A model generated the notes under the pieces. That model did no database searches. It worked only from the letters and a program-made list of their open reading frames with translations, and was not told the DNA's origin. DNA of 64,000 bases from Eledone cirrhosa (lineage: Eukaryota). A program made the translations under genes and the position numbers. This document shows, piece by piece, positions 18,001 to 30,496 of this stretch. The DNA is taken from assembly GCA_964016885.1 (NCBI GenBank), contig OZ024741.1, forward strand, positions 389,608,001-389,672,000, given 5' to 3'. Every line of letters begins with the position of its first letter. Positions within the stretch are counted from its first letter, which is position 1.

Positions 18001-21000
18001 ACTACTACAGTACCACTACTCTAGACTACGGTACTCACCACTACTACAACAGTACCACTACTGTAGACTACGGTACTCACCACTACTGCAACAGTGCCAC
18101 TACTGTAGACTACGGTACTCACCACTACTACAACAGTACCACTACTCTAGACTATGGTACTCACCACTACTACAACAGTACCACTACTGTAGACTATGGT
18201 ACTCACCACTACTACAACAGTACCACTACTCTAGACTATGGTACTCACCACTACTACAACAGTACCACTACTCTAGACTATGGTACTCACCACTACTACA
18301 ACAGTACCACTACTGTAGACTATGGTACTCACCACCACTACAACAGTACCACTACTGTAGACTACGGTACTCACCACTACTACAACAGTACCACTACTCT
18401 AGACTATGGTACTCACCACTACTGTAGACTATGGTACTCACCACTACTACAACAGTACCACTACTCTAGACTATGGAACTCACCACTACTACAACAGTAC
18501 CACTACTCTAGACTACGGTACTCACCACTACTACAACAGTACCACTACTGTAGACTATGGTACTCACCACTACTGTAGACTACGGTACTCACCACTACTA
18601 CAACAGTACCACTACTGTAGACTATGGTACTCACTACTACTACAACAGTACCACTACTGTAGACTATGGTACTCACCACTACTGTAGACTACGGTACTCA
18701 CCACTACTACAACAGTACCACTACTGTAGACTATGGTACTCACCACTACTACAACAGTACCACTACTCTAGACTATGGTACTCACTACTACTACAACAGT
18801 ACCACTACTGTAGACTATGGTACTCACCACTACTGTAGACTACGGTACTCACCACTACTACAACAGTACCACTACTGTAGACTATGGTACTCACCACTAC
18901 TGTAGACTACGGTACTCACCACTACTACAACAGTACCACTACTGTAGACTATGGTACTCACCACTACTACAACAGTACCACTACTCTAGACTATGGTACT
19001 CACTACTACTACAACAGTACCACTACTGTAGACTATGGTACTCACCACTACTGTAGACTACGGTACTCACCACTACTACAACAGTACCACTACTGTAGAC
19101 TATGGTACTCACCACTACTGTAGACTACGGTACTCACCACTACTACAACAGTACCACTGCTGTAGACTATGGTACTCACCACTACTGTAGACTATGGTAC
19201 TCACCACTACTACAACAGTACCACTACTCTAGACTACGGTACTCACCACTACTACAACAGTACCACTACTGTAGACTATGGTACTCACCACTACTGTAGA
19301 CTACGGTACTCACCACTACTACAACAGTACCACTACTGTAGACTATGGTACTCACCACTACTACAACAGTACCACTACTCTAGACTACGGTACTCACCAC
19401 TACTACAACAGTACCACTACTGTAGACTATGGTACTCACCACTACTGTAGACTACGGTACTCACCACTACTACAACAGTACCACTACTGTAGACTATGGT
19501 ACTCACCACTACTACAACAGTACCACTACTCTAGACTACGGTACTCACCACTACTACAACAGTACCACTACTGTAGACTACGGTACTCACCACTACTACA
19601 ACAGTACCACTACTCTAGACTATGGTACTCACCACTACTACAACAGTACCACTACTGTAGACTATGGTACTCACCACTACTACAACAGTACCACTACTGT
19701 AGACTATGGTACTCACCACTACTACAACAGTACCACTACTCTAGACTATGGTACTCACCACTACTACAACAGTACCACTACTGTAGACTATGGTACTCAC
19801 CACCACTACAACAGTACCACTACTGTAGACTACGGTACTCACGACTACTACAACAGTACCACTACTCTAGACTATGGTACTCACCACTACTGTAGACTAT
19901 GGTACTCACCACTACTACAACAGTACCACTACTCTAGACTATGGTACTCACCACTACTACAACAGTACCACTACTCTAGACTACGGTACTCACCACTACT
20001 ACAACAGTACCACTACTCTAGCCTACGGTACTCACCACTACTACAACAGTACAACTACTGTAGACTACGGTACTCACCACTACTACAACAGTACCACTAC
20101 TGTAGACTATGGTACTCACCACTACTGTAGACTACGGTACTCACCACTACTACAACAGTACCACTACTGTAGACTATGGTACTCACTACTACTACAACAG
20201 TACCACTACTGTAGACTATGGTACTCACCACTACTACTACAGTACCACTACTCTAGACTACGGTACTCACCACTACTACAACAGTACCACTACTGTAGAC
20301 TACGGTACTCACCACTACTACAACAGTACCACTACTGTAGACTATGGTACTCACCACTACTGCAACAGTACCACTACTGTAGACTACGGTACTCACCACT
20401 ACTACAACAGTACCACTACTCTAGACTATGGTACTCACCACTACTACAACAGTACCACTACTGTAGACTATGGTACTCACCACTACTACAACAGTACCAC
20501 TACTGTAGACTATGGTACTCACCACTACTACAACAGTACCACTACTCTAGACTATGGTACTCACCACTACTACAACAGTACCACTACTGTAGACTATGGT
20601 ACTCACCACTACTACAACAGTACCACCACTGTAGACTATGGTACTCACCACCACTACAACAGTACCACTACTGTAGACTATGGTACTCACCACTACTACA
20701 ACAGTACCACTACTGTAGACTATGGTACTCACCACTACTACAACAGTACCACTACTGTAGACTACGGTACTCACCACTACTACAACAGTACCACTACTCT
20801 AGACTACAGTACTCACCACTACTACAACAGTACCACTACTGTAGACTACGGTACTCACCACTTCTACAACAGTACCACTACTGTAGACTACGGTACTCAC
20901 CACTACTACAACAGTACCACTACTGTAGACTACGGTACTCACCACTACTACAACAGTACCACTACTGTAGACTATGGTACTCACCAATACTGTAGACTAC

Positions 21001-23382
21001 GGTACTCACCACTACTACAACAGTACCACTACTGTAGACTACGGTACTCACCACTACTACAACAGTACCACTACTGTAGACTATGGTACTCACTACTACT
21101 ACAACAGTACCACTACTGTAGACTATGGTACTCACCACTACTACTACAGTACCACTACTCTAGACTACGGTACTCACCACTACTACAACAGTACCACTAC
21201 TGTAGACTACGGTACTCACCACTACTACAACTGTACCACTACTGTAGACTGTGGTACTCACCACTACTGCAACAGTACCACTACTGTAGACTACGGTACT
21301 CACCACTACTACAACAGTACCACTACTCTAGACTATGGTACTCACCACTACTACAACAGTACCACTACTGTAGACTATGGTACTCACCACCACTACAACA
21401 GTACCACTACTGCAGACTACGGTACTCACCACTACTACAACAGTACCACTACTCTAGACTATGGTACTCACCACTACTGTAGACTATGGTACTCACCACT
21501 ACTACAACAGTACCACTACTCTAGACTATGGTACTCACCACTACTACAACAGTACCACTACTCTAGACTACGGTACTCACCACTACTACAACAGTACCAC
21601 TACTCTAGCCTACGGTACTCACCACTACTACAACAGTACAACTACTGTAGACTACGGTACTCACCACTACTACAACAGTACCACTACTGTAGACTATGGT
21701 ACTCACCACTACTACAACAGTACCACTACTGTAGACTACGCTACTCACCACTACTACAACAGTACCACTACTCTAGACTATGGTACTCACTACTACTACA
21801 ACAGTACTACTACTGTAGACTATGGTACTCACCACTACTACTACAGTACCACTACTCTAGACTACGGTACTCACCACTACTACAACAGTACCACTACTGT
21901 AGACTACGGTACTCACCACTACTACAACAGTACCACTACTGTAGACTATGGTACTCACCACTACTGCAACAGTACCACTACTGTAGACTACGGTACTCAC
22001 CACTACTACAACAGTACCACTACTCTAGACTATGGTACTCACCACTACTACAACAGTACCACTACTGTAGACTATGGTACTCACCACTACTACAACAGTA
22101 CCACTACTGTAGACTATGGTACTCACCACTACTACAACAGTACCACTACTCTAGACTATGGTACTCACCACTACTACAACTGTACCACTACTGTAGACTA
22201 TGGTACTCACCACCACTACAACAGTACCACTACTGTAGACTACGGTACTCACCACTACTACAACAGTACCACTACTCTAGACTATGGTACTCACCACTAC
22301 TGTAGACTATGGTACTCACCACTACTACAACAGTACCACTACTCTAGACTATGGTACTCACCACTACTACAACAGTACCACCACTGTAGACTATGGTACT
22401 CACCACCACTACAACAGTACCACTACTGTAGACTATGGTACTCACCACTACTACAACAGTACCACTACTGTAGACTATGGTACTCACCTCTACTACAACA
22501 GTACCACTACTGTAGACTACGGTACTCACCACTACTACAACAGTACCACTACTCTAGACTACAGTACTCACCACTACTACAACAGTACCACTACTGTAGA
22601 CTACGGTACTCACCACTACTACAACAGTACCACTACTGTAGACTATGGTACTCACTACTACTACAACAGTACCACTACTGTAGACTATGGTACTCACCAC
22701 TACTACAACAGTACCACTACTCTAGACTACGGTATTCACCACTACTACAACAGTACCACTACTGTAGACTATGGTACTCACCACTACTACAACAGTACCA
22801 CTACTCTAGACTATGGTACTCACCACCACTACAACAGTACCACTACTGTAGACTATGGTACTCACCACTACTACAACAGTACCACTACTGTAGACTACGG
22901 TACTCACCACTACTACAACAGTACCACTACTCTAGACTATGGTACTCACCACTACTACAACAGTACCACTACTCTAGACTATGGTACTCACCACCACTAC
23001 AACAGTACCACTACTCTAGACTATGGTACTCACCACTACTACAACAGTACCACTACTGTAGACTACGGTACTCACCACTACTACAACAGTACCACTACTC
23101 TAGACTATGGTACTCACCACTACTACAACAGTACCACTACTGTAGACTATGGTACTCACCACCACTACAACAGTACCACTACTCTAGACTATGGTACTCA
23201 CCACTACTACAACAGTACCACTACTGTAGACTATGGTACTCACCACTACTACAACAGTACCACTACTCTAGACTATGGTACTCACCACTACTACAACAGT
23301 ACCACTATTGTAGACTATGGTACTCACCACTACTACAACAGTACCACTACTCTAGACTATGGTACTCACCACCACTACAACA
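1..23382. repeat. 42-bp tandem satellite, about 550-560 units, running off the left window edge; consensus ACTACAACAGTACCACTACT(G/C)TAGACTA(C/T)GGTACTCACCACT
   Basis: Direct reading shows an uninterrupted 42-bp period with point variants, a 1-bp deletion near 16492 and about 16 shortened 25-bp units between 17835 and 22310. The array ends at ...ACTACAACA 23382. Confidence 0.99.
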
Positions 23383-23413
23383 AGAGTAAGAGTAATATGT
23401 TGCTATATCTTAC

Positions 23414-23483
23414 CTTACACTTAAACGTCTTCATGTCTAACAATTGGTAATCAAAGCGATCCACAATATTTTTCATCCAATCC
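23414..23483 (-). CDS. Host gene coding exon F (70 nt, phase 2 to 0): (E)DWMKNIVDRFDYQLLDMKTFKCK
   Basis: Acceptor ttttttttctttag|G and donor AAG|gtaaga. It completes the GA left by exon 37279-37185 (GAG) with no stop. Confidence 0.85.
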
Positions 23484-23559
23484 CTAAAGAAAAAAAATCT
23501 CTTAATAGATAAACATCTTCAGACAGACACATAAGTTAGTGTTAATGTTTTTATTGCAT

Positions 23560-23632
23560 GGAACATTGGATAGAAATAACTTCCCATTGTGATATCTCTG
23601 GTATAACATTTTCTCAAAATAGATGTATTCAT
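23560..23632 (+). pseudogene. Degenerate C2H2 zinc-finger remnant, left half (HCDISGITFSQNRCIH)
   Basis: Resembles HCDICGKSFSQ-type fingers and joins to TGEKP at 26552 once the RTE insertion is removed. Confidence 0.55.
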
Positions 23633-26539
23633 TTCTCGGCAGAGCTGTCCTGCTTGAGAACGGGTTGCAGGTGGTGGATAGCGATACGGCCAGCAATTAT
23701 GATGGCTAGTTGTGACTTAAGCGGGCAACTGCTGGACGGATAAGCAATCCCAGGCCAACAGTGGTAAACTACTAGGGAAAATGGAGCAATAGGTGACACC
23801 TGTAGCTCCCAAGAAAACTCTCACAATCCAGAGATGTTGCTACAACGAAGCGAGTAAAGGCCGCCTCTAAATAATATTGCAGTGTCCATTTCATGCTGCA
23901 AAACCTAGCAATGGGACTGTGACCTGTCCTTAGAGGCGTGGGATGGATGTATAAAGGTTGCATATCCCGAGACCCCAAAGAGGGTCCGGATGGAGCAAAC
24001 TATAACAGTTGGAACCTGGAACATCACAACCCTTAAAGGTTAGGAACAGGAAGTAATGGAGGAGGCTAGATGTTACCGGCTAGATATAGTTGAGGTTTCC
24101 CCAACAAAGTTCTATGACTCTGATACTGTAGATTTGGATGGGAGATGGAAACTCCACTATTCAGGTGTGGTGCTAGAAATGACTGTACAGGGAGGAGTGG
24201 GGATACTCACAAGCCCCCGGCTGTCAGAATGTTTTTATGTACTGGATCCCATTAGGATTGAGGATTTGCCTCTTGAAGCTTAGGTTGAAAGATAGGTCTC
24301 TAGGTGGTGCAAGTTTATTCACCAACAAGGAGTCCGAATACAGGTCCTTCCTTGATGAATTCATTGTAATGTTAGATTTAGTTAAGACTGAGTCGTATAT
24401 CCTGATGGGAGACTTCAATGCTGACACTGAGGACCTGACATGGAAAGGAGTGATTGGAAGGAATGGTGACCCCCAATCTAAATACAAATGGAGAGGTCTT
24501 GCTGGACTTCTGTTCTAGCAATCAGGACCAGGTATGCAGATACTATTGCATCCAAATTCAGAGAACTCCCTGAGCAAACTGAGAACATTGAGACAGAATG
24601 GAGATTGTTCAGCTCAGTTGTTTCTGCTTCAGCTGTTAAATGCTGCATGTAAAAGAGGCTTGGGTGGCACCGAATGGCAGGAAGATTCCATGGTTCAAGC
24701 AAGAGTTAAAAAAAGCCATCCGAGCAAAGAAGGAAGCTTACAAATCTTGGCTTCGAAATAAATCCTCCTTTTTGCACATGCGGTACAAGCAAGCATGAAA
24801 AATTGCAGCAGGGTCAATAAAAACGTACAAATTTAAGACAAGGGAAGACTTTGGGGTTAAGCTGGAATCTGACTTCAGATCAGCCGATAAAGTGTTCTGT
24901 CAGACCATCTGCCAACTTCATAATAAGAAGCCCTCCTCCACACCTGCTATCAAGAACGCGCCTGGGGTTCTCCTTTCTTCAGAGAGGTGTATCCTCATGA
25001 GGTGGAGAGAATACTTTGCTGATCTCCTAAACCCAATCACAACAGCATCTTCTGATGTACATGAGGTGCATCTGGGAGTGGTGACTAATCTCTCGGAGGC
25101 TGAGGTCGTAAGAGCAGTCAGAGAGCTAAAATGTGGCAAGGCCGCTGGGAAGATGAAATCCGACCTGAGATGTTAAAAGTCTTAAATAGAGAAGGTATTC
25201 TCTGGCTGAATCATGTGTGGCGGGTTATCTGGATCTCTGGAAGGGCACCTAAGCAATGGCAATAGGGATTGATAATCTCAATTTTCAAAACGGGAGACAA
25301 GAGATTGTTCCTATTACAGAGGGATCCCCTTTTTAAGCCTCCTCGGTAAAGTCTATGTTAAGTGTCTGGCAAAGCGATGCAGGGAGATTGTCATGTCCAA
25401 GCTAGCTGATGAACAGTGTGGTTTTTTCCCCAGATGCAGCACAGCTGACCAAATATTCACACTGGAGCAGGTCTGGGAAATAGTGCGAAGTATTGCCAAG
25501 AAGCATAGTCTTGCTTTGTCGACCTTCAGAAGGCATATGACCACGTTCCTTGGGACCAGTTGTAGAAGGCTGTGCAGGAGTATGAGATTGATGGTCAGCT
25601 TCTTGCTGCCCTTATGTCTCTATATGAAGGCTCGAGTATTTGTGTTCAGATAAATGATGCTAAATTAAAACCATTCAATGTGGGAGTCAGACTCCACCAA
25701 GGATGCGTACTGTTTCCTCTCCTGTTCATTAATTTCCTGAACAGGATTGTTATGCGCAGCCAGATTCGAATTGGTATCATGACAGGCAGGTGTAAAATCA
25801 ACAGAAGGTGATCTCCGACTTGCACTTAATAGGTTTGATACCGAGTGCTGCATGACTGGAATGAAAATCTGTGCTGCAAAAACTGAGACACTCGTCCTCT
25901 CAAGGAAGCCTGTGCTGCTGCTGCACCACCACTGCCACCACCGCCATTGTCGTCGTCAAATGTGAATGGAGTTCCACTGAAGCAGGTAGAGAAGTTCAAG
26001 TATCTCAGGGCCGTGTTCACAAATGATGGAAGCTGAATTAAGTGCAAGAATTGCAAGGGCTAGTGCACCAGCTTCAGCATTCAGTAATCAGAAGAAGGGA
26101 GGTAGACATAAAAGCCAAACTCACTACAAACCCTTACCTGGTCATGAATCTTGACTGAAAGTATATGATCGCGAATACAAGTGGCCGAAATGGGAGTAAT
26201 GTTAATCAATAGAGTGCGTAGCTCGGATTACATAGAGTCCCTCCAGGTAATGCCACTACTTTTCCAAATTGAGAGATCACAGCTCCAATACTGTGGGCAT
26301 GTGGTTAGAATATCTCAGGAAAGAATCGTTGAACAGATTTTATGGGCAAAACCAACAGGTAGGAGACCCAGTCATAGACCCTGAGCAAGATGGTTGGATA
26401 ACATCCATGAGCTTGGTTGGTCACACTTGGGAATCCAGCCGGATCAATTGGAAATGACTGTTTCTGACAGGACCTGCTGGAAGGAGTGTTTGAGGACTCT
26501 GCCCCCTCGACCCGCTCAGGAATAGGTGGGCGAAGAAAA
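23633..26539 (+). mobile_element. Near full-length degenerate RTE-clade LINE (family A, GAA-type tail)
   Basis: APE endonuclease remnants (GTWNITTL, MGDFNA) and RT remnants (YRGI, EQCGF, HQGCVLFPLLF), with many stops and frameshifts. Ends in GAAGAAAA. Candidate TSD AGATGTATTCAT (23621-32) / AGATGTACTCGT (26540-51). Confidence 0.85.
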
Positions 26540-26760
26540 AGATGTACTCGTACAGGAGAAAAACCAAATTACTGTGATGTCTGTGATAAAACATCATTTT
26601 CTAGTAACTCTTTAGATATATTACAAATGTATTTTCACAAGGGAGAAACTATACTACTGTGATTTATGTAATAGAAAATTCTCTTGAAGTGATTATTTAT
26701 TAACCTACAAATGTTTAAACATGTGGGAACAAACTATCTGATATTTGTGGCAAAAGTATT
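26540..26760 (+). pseudogene. Degenerate C2H2 zinc-finger remnant, right half (TGEKPNYCDVCDK... EKLYYCDLCNRKFS*... DICGKS)
   Basis: TGEKP linker plus CxxC pairs, broken by stops and frameshifts. Confidence 0.65.
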
Positions 26761-26859
26761 AAGTGTGTTGGTGCTTTTATTACATGGAACATTTGAAAGT
26801 TAGCTAGAAATAAACAAGAACAACCTGCCGTCCTCTATATATCATCATAAGCTGAAATC

Positions 26860-29660
26860 CAGTTATAAATTAATGTCTTTAAATGCTCATAGTTTATGCA
26901 ACAACAGCCATCTTTTTGATTCTTGTCAAAAGTATTGACCCTAATTTTATTAGTCATGGAAACATGGGCACATTCTTTACTCTGTAATGGGGTTTTTAAT
27001 GGAGCTGGTTACAACTTGTTTCGCAAAGATTGCATTAACCATCATGGTGGTGGTCTATGTTCAGTCAAACTTTTCAGCAATTCCTTGTAATGATTTGAAC
27101 CAATCACATCAAGAAGTATTTTTCTGAAATATATGTATGATCATGTCAACACTGCTACCTGGTGTTGTTTACTGCCCCACCTAAATTACCACCAAGACAC
27201 AGCTTTTTGTTCTCAGAGCTGCTGACAGGAAAACAGGCACTTATGTTTTCATTGCAGGCGACATCAATTTACCTGAGATAGATTGGGAAACCTTTCAGTG
27301 GCTACAAAGTGCAAATGATTTCCTTGATCTAGTGCTGGATTTGAACTGGTCCCAAGTAGTCTCCTCCCCCACAAGAGGTAACAACACTTTGAATCTGCTT
27401 TTTAATACTACTCCCGAAACGGTTATTAGTGTCACTACTGAGGAACCTTTAGGTGACTCTGATTATGCTATGATCATTGCCAATCTGTCTATTATGGGCA
27501 GTAACAAAACTACAACTAAACTTCTTGCTTTGACTAGAATAAAGCAGATTGGAATTCTTACTGTACGGAGCTACAACGCCCAAACTGGCTTGAATTTTAT
27601 GGCTCTGGAGACGTGAATACTATACTTCAGAATATCTTGAATTCGATGCATCAGTACCATGTAAGCACAAAAAACATCCCAAAAGTGCAAATTGGGAGAC
27701 TGCAGCAGTCCAACTTGCCAGGAAAGAATGTTGTGATGCTGAATACAGACTATATAGATCAGAATTTAATAGAAAAATGTGCAATAGATCATCTAGCCAG
27801 CTTAAGCAGGTGGCAAAAAAGCAGTACTTGAAGTTAAATATCGTTTAGCAACCAGCCCTGACAGCAAAGTGTTCTGGAAGTATGTACATTCAAAGCAGAG
27901 ACCTCATTCTCTAGTTGGTCCTCTTTGCAATCCCTATACAGGCCGGATTACTGATGGTCCCAAAGAATGCACAGAACTTATTGCTGAATGTTATGTAGGC
28001 ATTTTTACTGTTGAAAACCAAAATGTACCTTCTCCACCACCTCTGACATAAAATTCTATAACAACTATGCAATTTACACCTGCAATGCTGTGATGCCACC
28101 TTAAGAATAAGCGCAACTATGCCTCTCCTGATCTTGATGGGGTTACATACATGCTCCTCTAACGTGGTGGGTACTTTCTTCTGCACCAGCTTTCACTCTT
28201 CTTTCAATTCTACCTTAACAACGGTGTTACCCCAGAGCAGTGAAAAACTGCCAGTGTTATTCCTCTGTTCAAAAGGGTGACCACACATTGCCTGTCAACT
28301 ATCGTCCAGTCAGTCTTACTAGCTGCATTGCCAAACTGATGGAGTCCCGTGTCAGAGAAACGCTCTGGAACTTCTGGAACTCTCACAATCTTATCTGACC
28401 CTCGCAATTTGGATTTATCCCTAACTCCAGCTGCTGTGATCAACTCATCGAGTTTCTTGAAGAGATTACCCGAATCACTGATGGCAGCTCATGGGTGAAT
28501 GTTATTTACCTTGACTTTGCTAAAGCTTTTAATTCTGTGCCATACAAAAGACTTATGGCAAAACTCTCTCTCTGCAATGGATGTGATGTGAGAGCTGATC
28601 TTTATAACTGGTTGAAGTCCTTCATTCTCAGTCGAAAAGAGGTAGTCACGGTTCTAAAACAGCATTCTTCACTCTATGAGATGACATCTGGTATACCACA
28701 GGGATCTGTGCTTGATCCCTTTTTGCTTGTTGCATATATTAATGACATAGATGCCAACTTAAAGAATGCCACAATGCTGAAATACCCAGAGGACATCAAG
28801 CTGTTCCTTAAGATAAAAAGGACAGATCCTGTACACTATAGATCTTTCCTGCAATCAGACCTGGACACAATGCAGCAATGGATTACAGGCTGGTAATTCA
28901 AGCTGGCTGTGGACAACACCAATCTCAAGAAGCCTTTTTGTGAATATAACCTGGGCATTATCATCAACATTGATTTGTGTTGGACAAAGCACATCTCCAA
29001 AATTGTCAAGAAGGCTGAGGGTATCTTAGCCTCACTCAGTAAGACCTTTGTCAGCCACTCTCCTGATATCTATTTAAAGCTATATATAGCTATGGTGTGT
29101 TCACACTTAGAATTTGCATCACCATTCTCAAACTCCTATCTTACTCAGAATATTGATCTCCTGGATAGGAGGCATGCAACCAAACGAATACTCTCCATCA
29201 GGTATCTACCATACTCTGAACGTCTTGCTTCACTGGGTATGGATACATTAAAGCTCCAATGTCTGGCAACTGACTTGGTAAACACCCAATCATTAACCAT
29301 CTTTCAAACAACAACCATGAGCACCTTTTTGAATTCCATATATCTAACTCCTGTGCATATGCTTACAAAATCAGAAAACAGTACAGCTCCCACGACTTTC
29401 AGAAACAATTTTTCATACTCAGATTTTCTGAATCTTGGAACAAACTATCTGTATCAGTTCTTAACTGTCGGGACATTGCATTCTTCAAAATTGCCATGCT
29501 TCCCGAAATTCGTCCTCCATATGCATGTGTGTCTGTGTATGTGTGTATGTATATCATGACTCATACACTGTTCACTTTTCTAACATTTGTACTTTATTTT
29601 ATGTACTATACATACACCTTTGATGAGTTGTAGTGCACCTAAGCACTGTACACAATAGTT
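26860..29660 (+). mobile_element. Degenerate CR1/L2-type LINE ORF2 (APE endonuclease + RT)
   Basis: Motifs SSPTRGNNTLNLLF, FWKYV, IYLDFAKAFNSVP, SGIPQGSVLDP and HLEFASP spread over broken ORFs 27332-29559. Confidence 0.85.
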
Positions 29661-29679
29661 TTCTTTCGTTATTATTATC

Positions 29680-29880
29680 AGGGCGTTGGATTGGCAGTAT
29701 CGGTAAATGGTCTGACACCATGCTTTGCAGCAAAAAGTTATGGCCCTTTATGGTCTGAGTTCAAATCCCGCCGAGGTTAACTTTGCCTTTCATCCTTACG
29801 GGGTCGATAAAATAAGGCCCCAGTAATACACTGGGATAATTGCTGGCCTTGTGCCAAAAGTAGAAACAATTATTATTATT
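29680..29880 (+). mobile_element. tRNA-derived SINE with Nin/Deu-like central domain
   Basis: A box TGGCAGTATCGG, B box GAGTTCAAATCC, core TTAACTTTGCCTTTCATCCTTACGGGGTCGATAAAAT and (ATT)n tail. Several copies occur in the window. Confidence 0.85.
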
Positions 29881-30457
29881 GTATGTTTGATATATAGAAT
29901 ATTAAACAGTTGTTATAGAAAGGTAGATTGAGAGACAAAGAAATAGATATTAACTCCTAACATCCTATATCACATGAAACCACATTAGCAAGATATTCTT
30001 TAAAAGTACAAAACAGCACTATGGCTACATGCACACATACACATGTGCCAACTACTTTTCTCTGCAACTTAATTATACTTTTTCTTTCAATCTTGTCGTT
30101 TTATTGTGCTCACTCACTTGTTCTCTCTTTCCTTCTCTTTTTTCTTCTCCTCTCTCCCTTACTGTCTCTTCCTCCCCCTTCTACTCTCAATCCTTATACA
30201 GTGTACTCTTAGTTGATCTCTTTCAACCATTTCATATTCATTTCAATCTTCCCCTCCCCCCCTAGTATTTTTAATGATCTCCATAACAGTTAAAGAAAAC
30301 TTTTTTTTAAAATAATATCTTAAACTCAGAATATAACTTCATTTCTTTATATTATATTACTTTACAATTTTCTCATGCTTTTTTTTATTTTGTAATCATG
30401 AAGAAATAAAATTTTCTGAAAGTGTGGGAGGGAGTTGTCTTATTTTCACTGGGGTTC

Positions 30458-30496
30458 TTTAGAGTATAGTTTTGTGAAACAAAACTATACTCTAAA
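30458..30496. repeat. Perfect 18-bp inverted repeat with 3-nt loop
   Basis: TTTAGAGTATAGTTTTGT-GAA-ACAAAACTATACTCTAAA. Confidence 0.9.

Noticed and set aside
1-23382. CRISPR array (palindromic repeats)
   Set aside because: No unique spacers, no cas genes, and the context is eukaryotic.
1-23450. Satellite as a His/Tyr-rich repeat protein gene ((YNSTTTVDYGTHHY)n or (LQQYHYCRLWYSPL)n on +, (VSTIVYSSGTVVVV)n on -)
   Set aside because: All frames gain stops from common variants (CACTAA, TACTAA, GTCTAG), and 17-bp and 1-bp deletions shift frames. There is no unique N-terminus or signal peptide, and the array lies in an intron of another gene.
29685-29775. tRNA genes at A-box/B-box motifs
   Set aside because: No cloverleaf; the motifs continue into the SINE core and tail in multiple copies.
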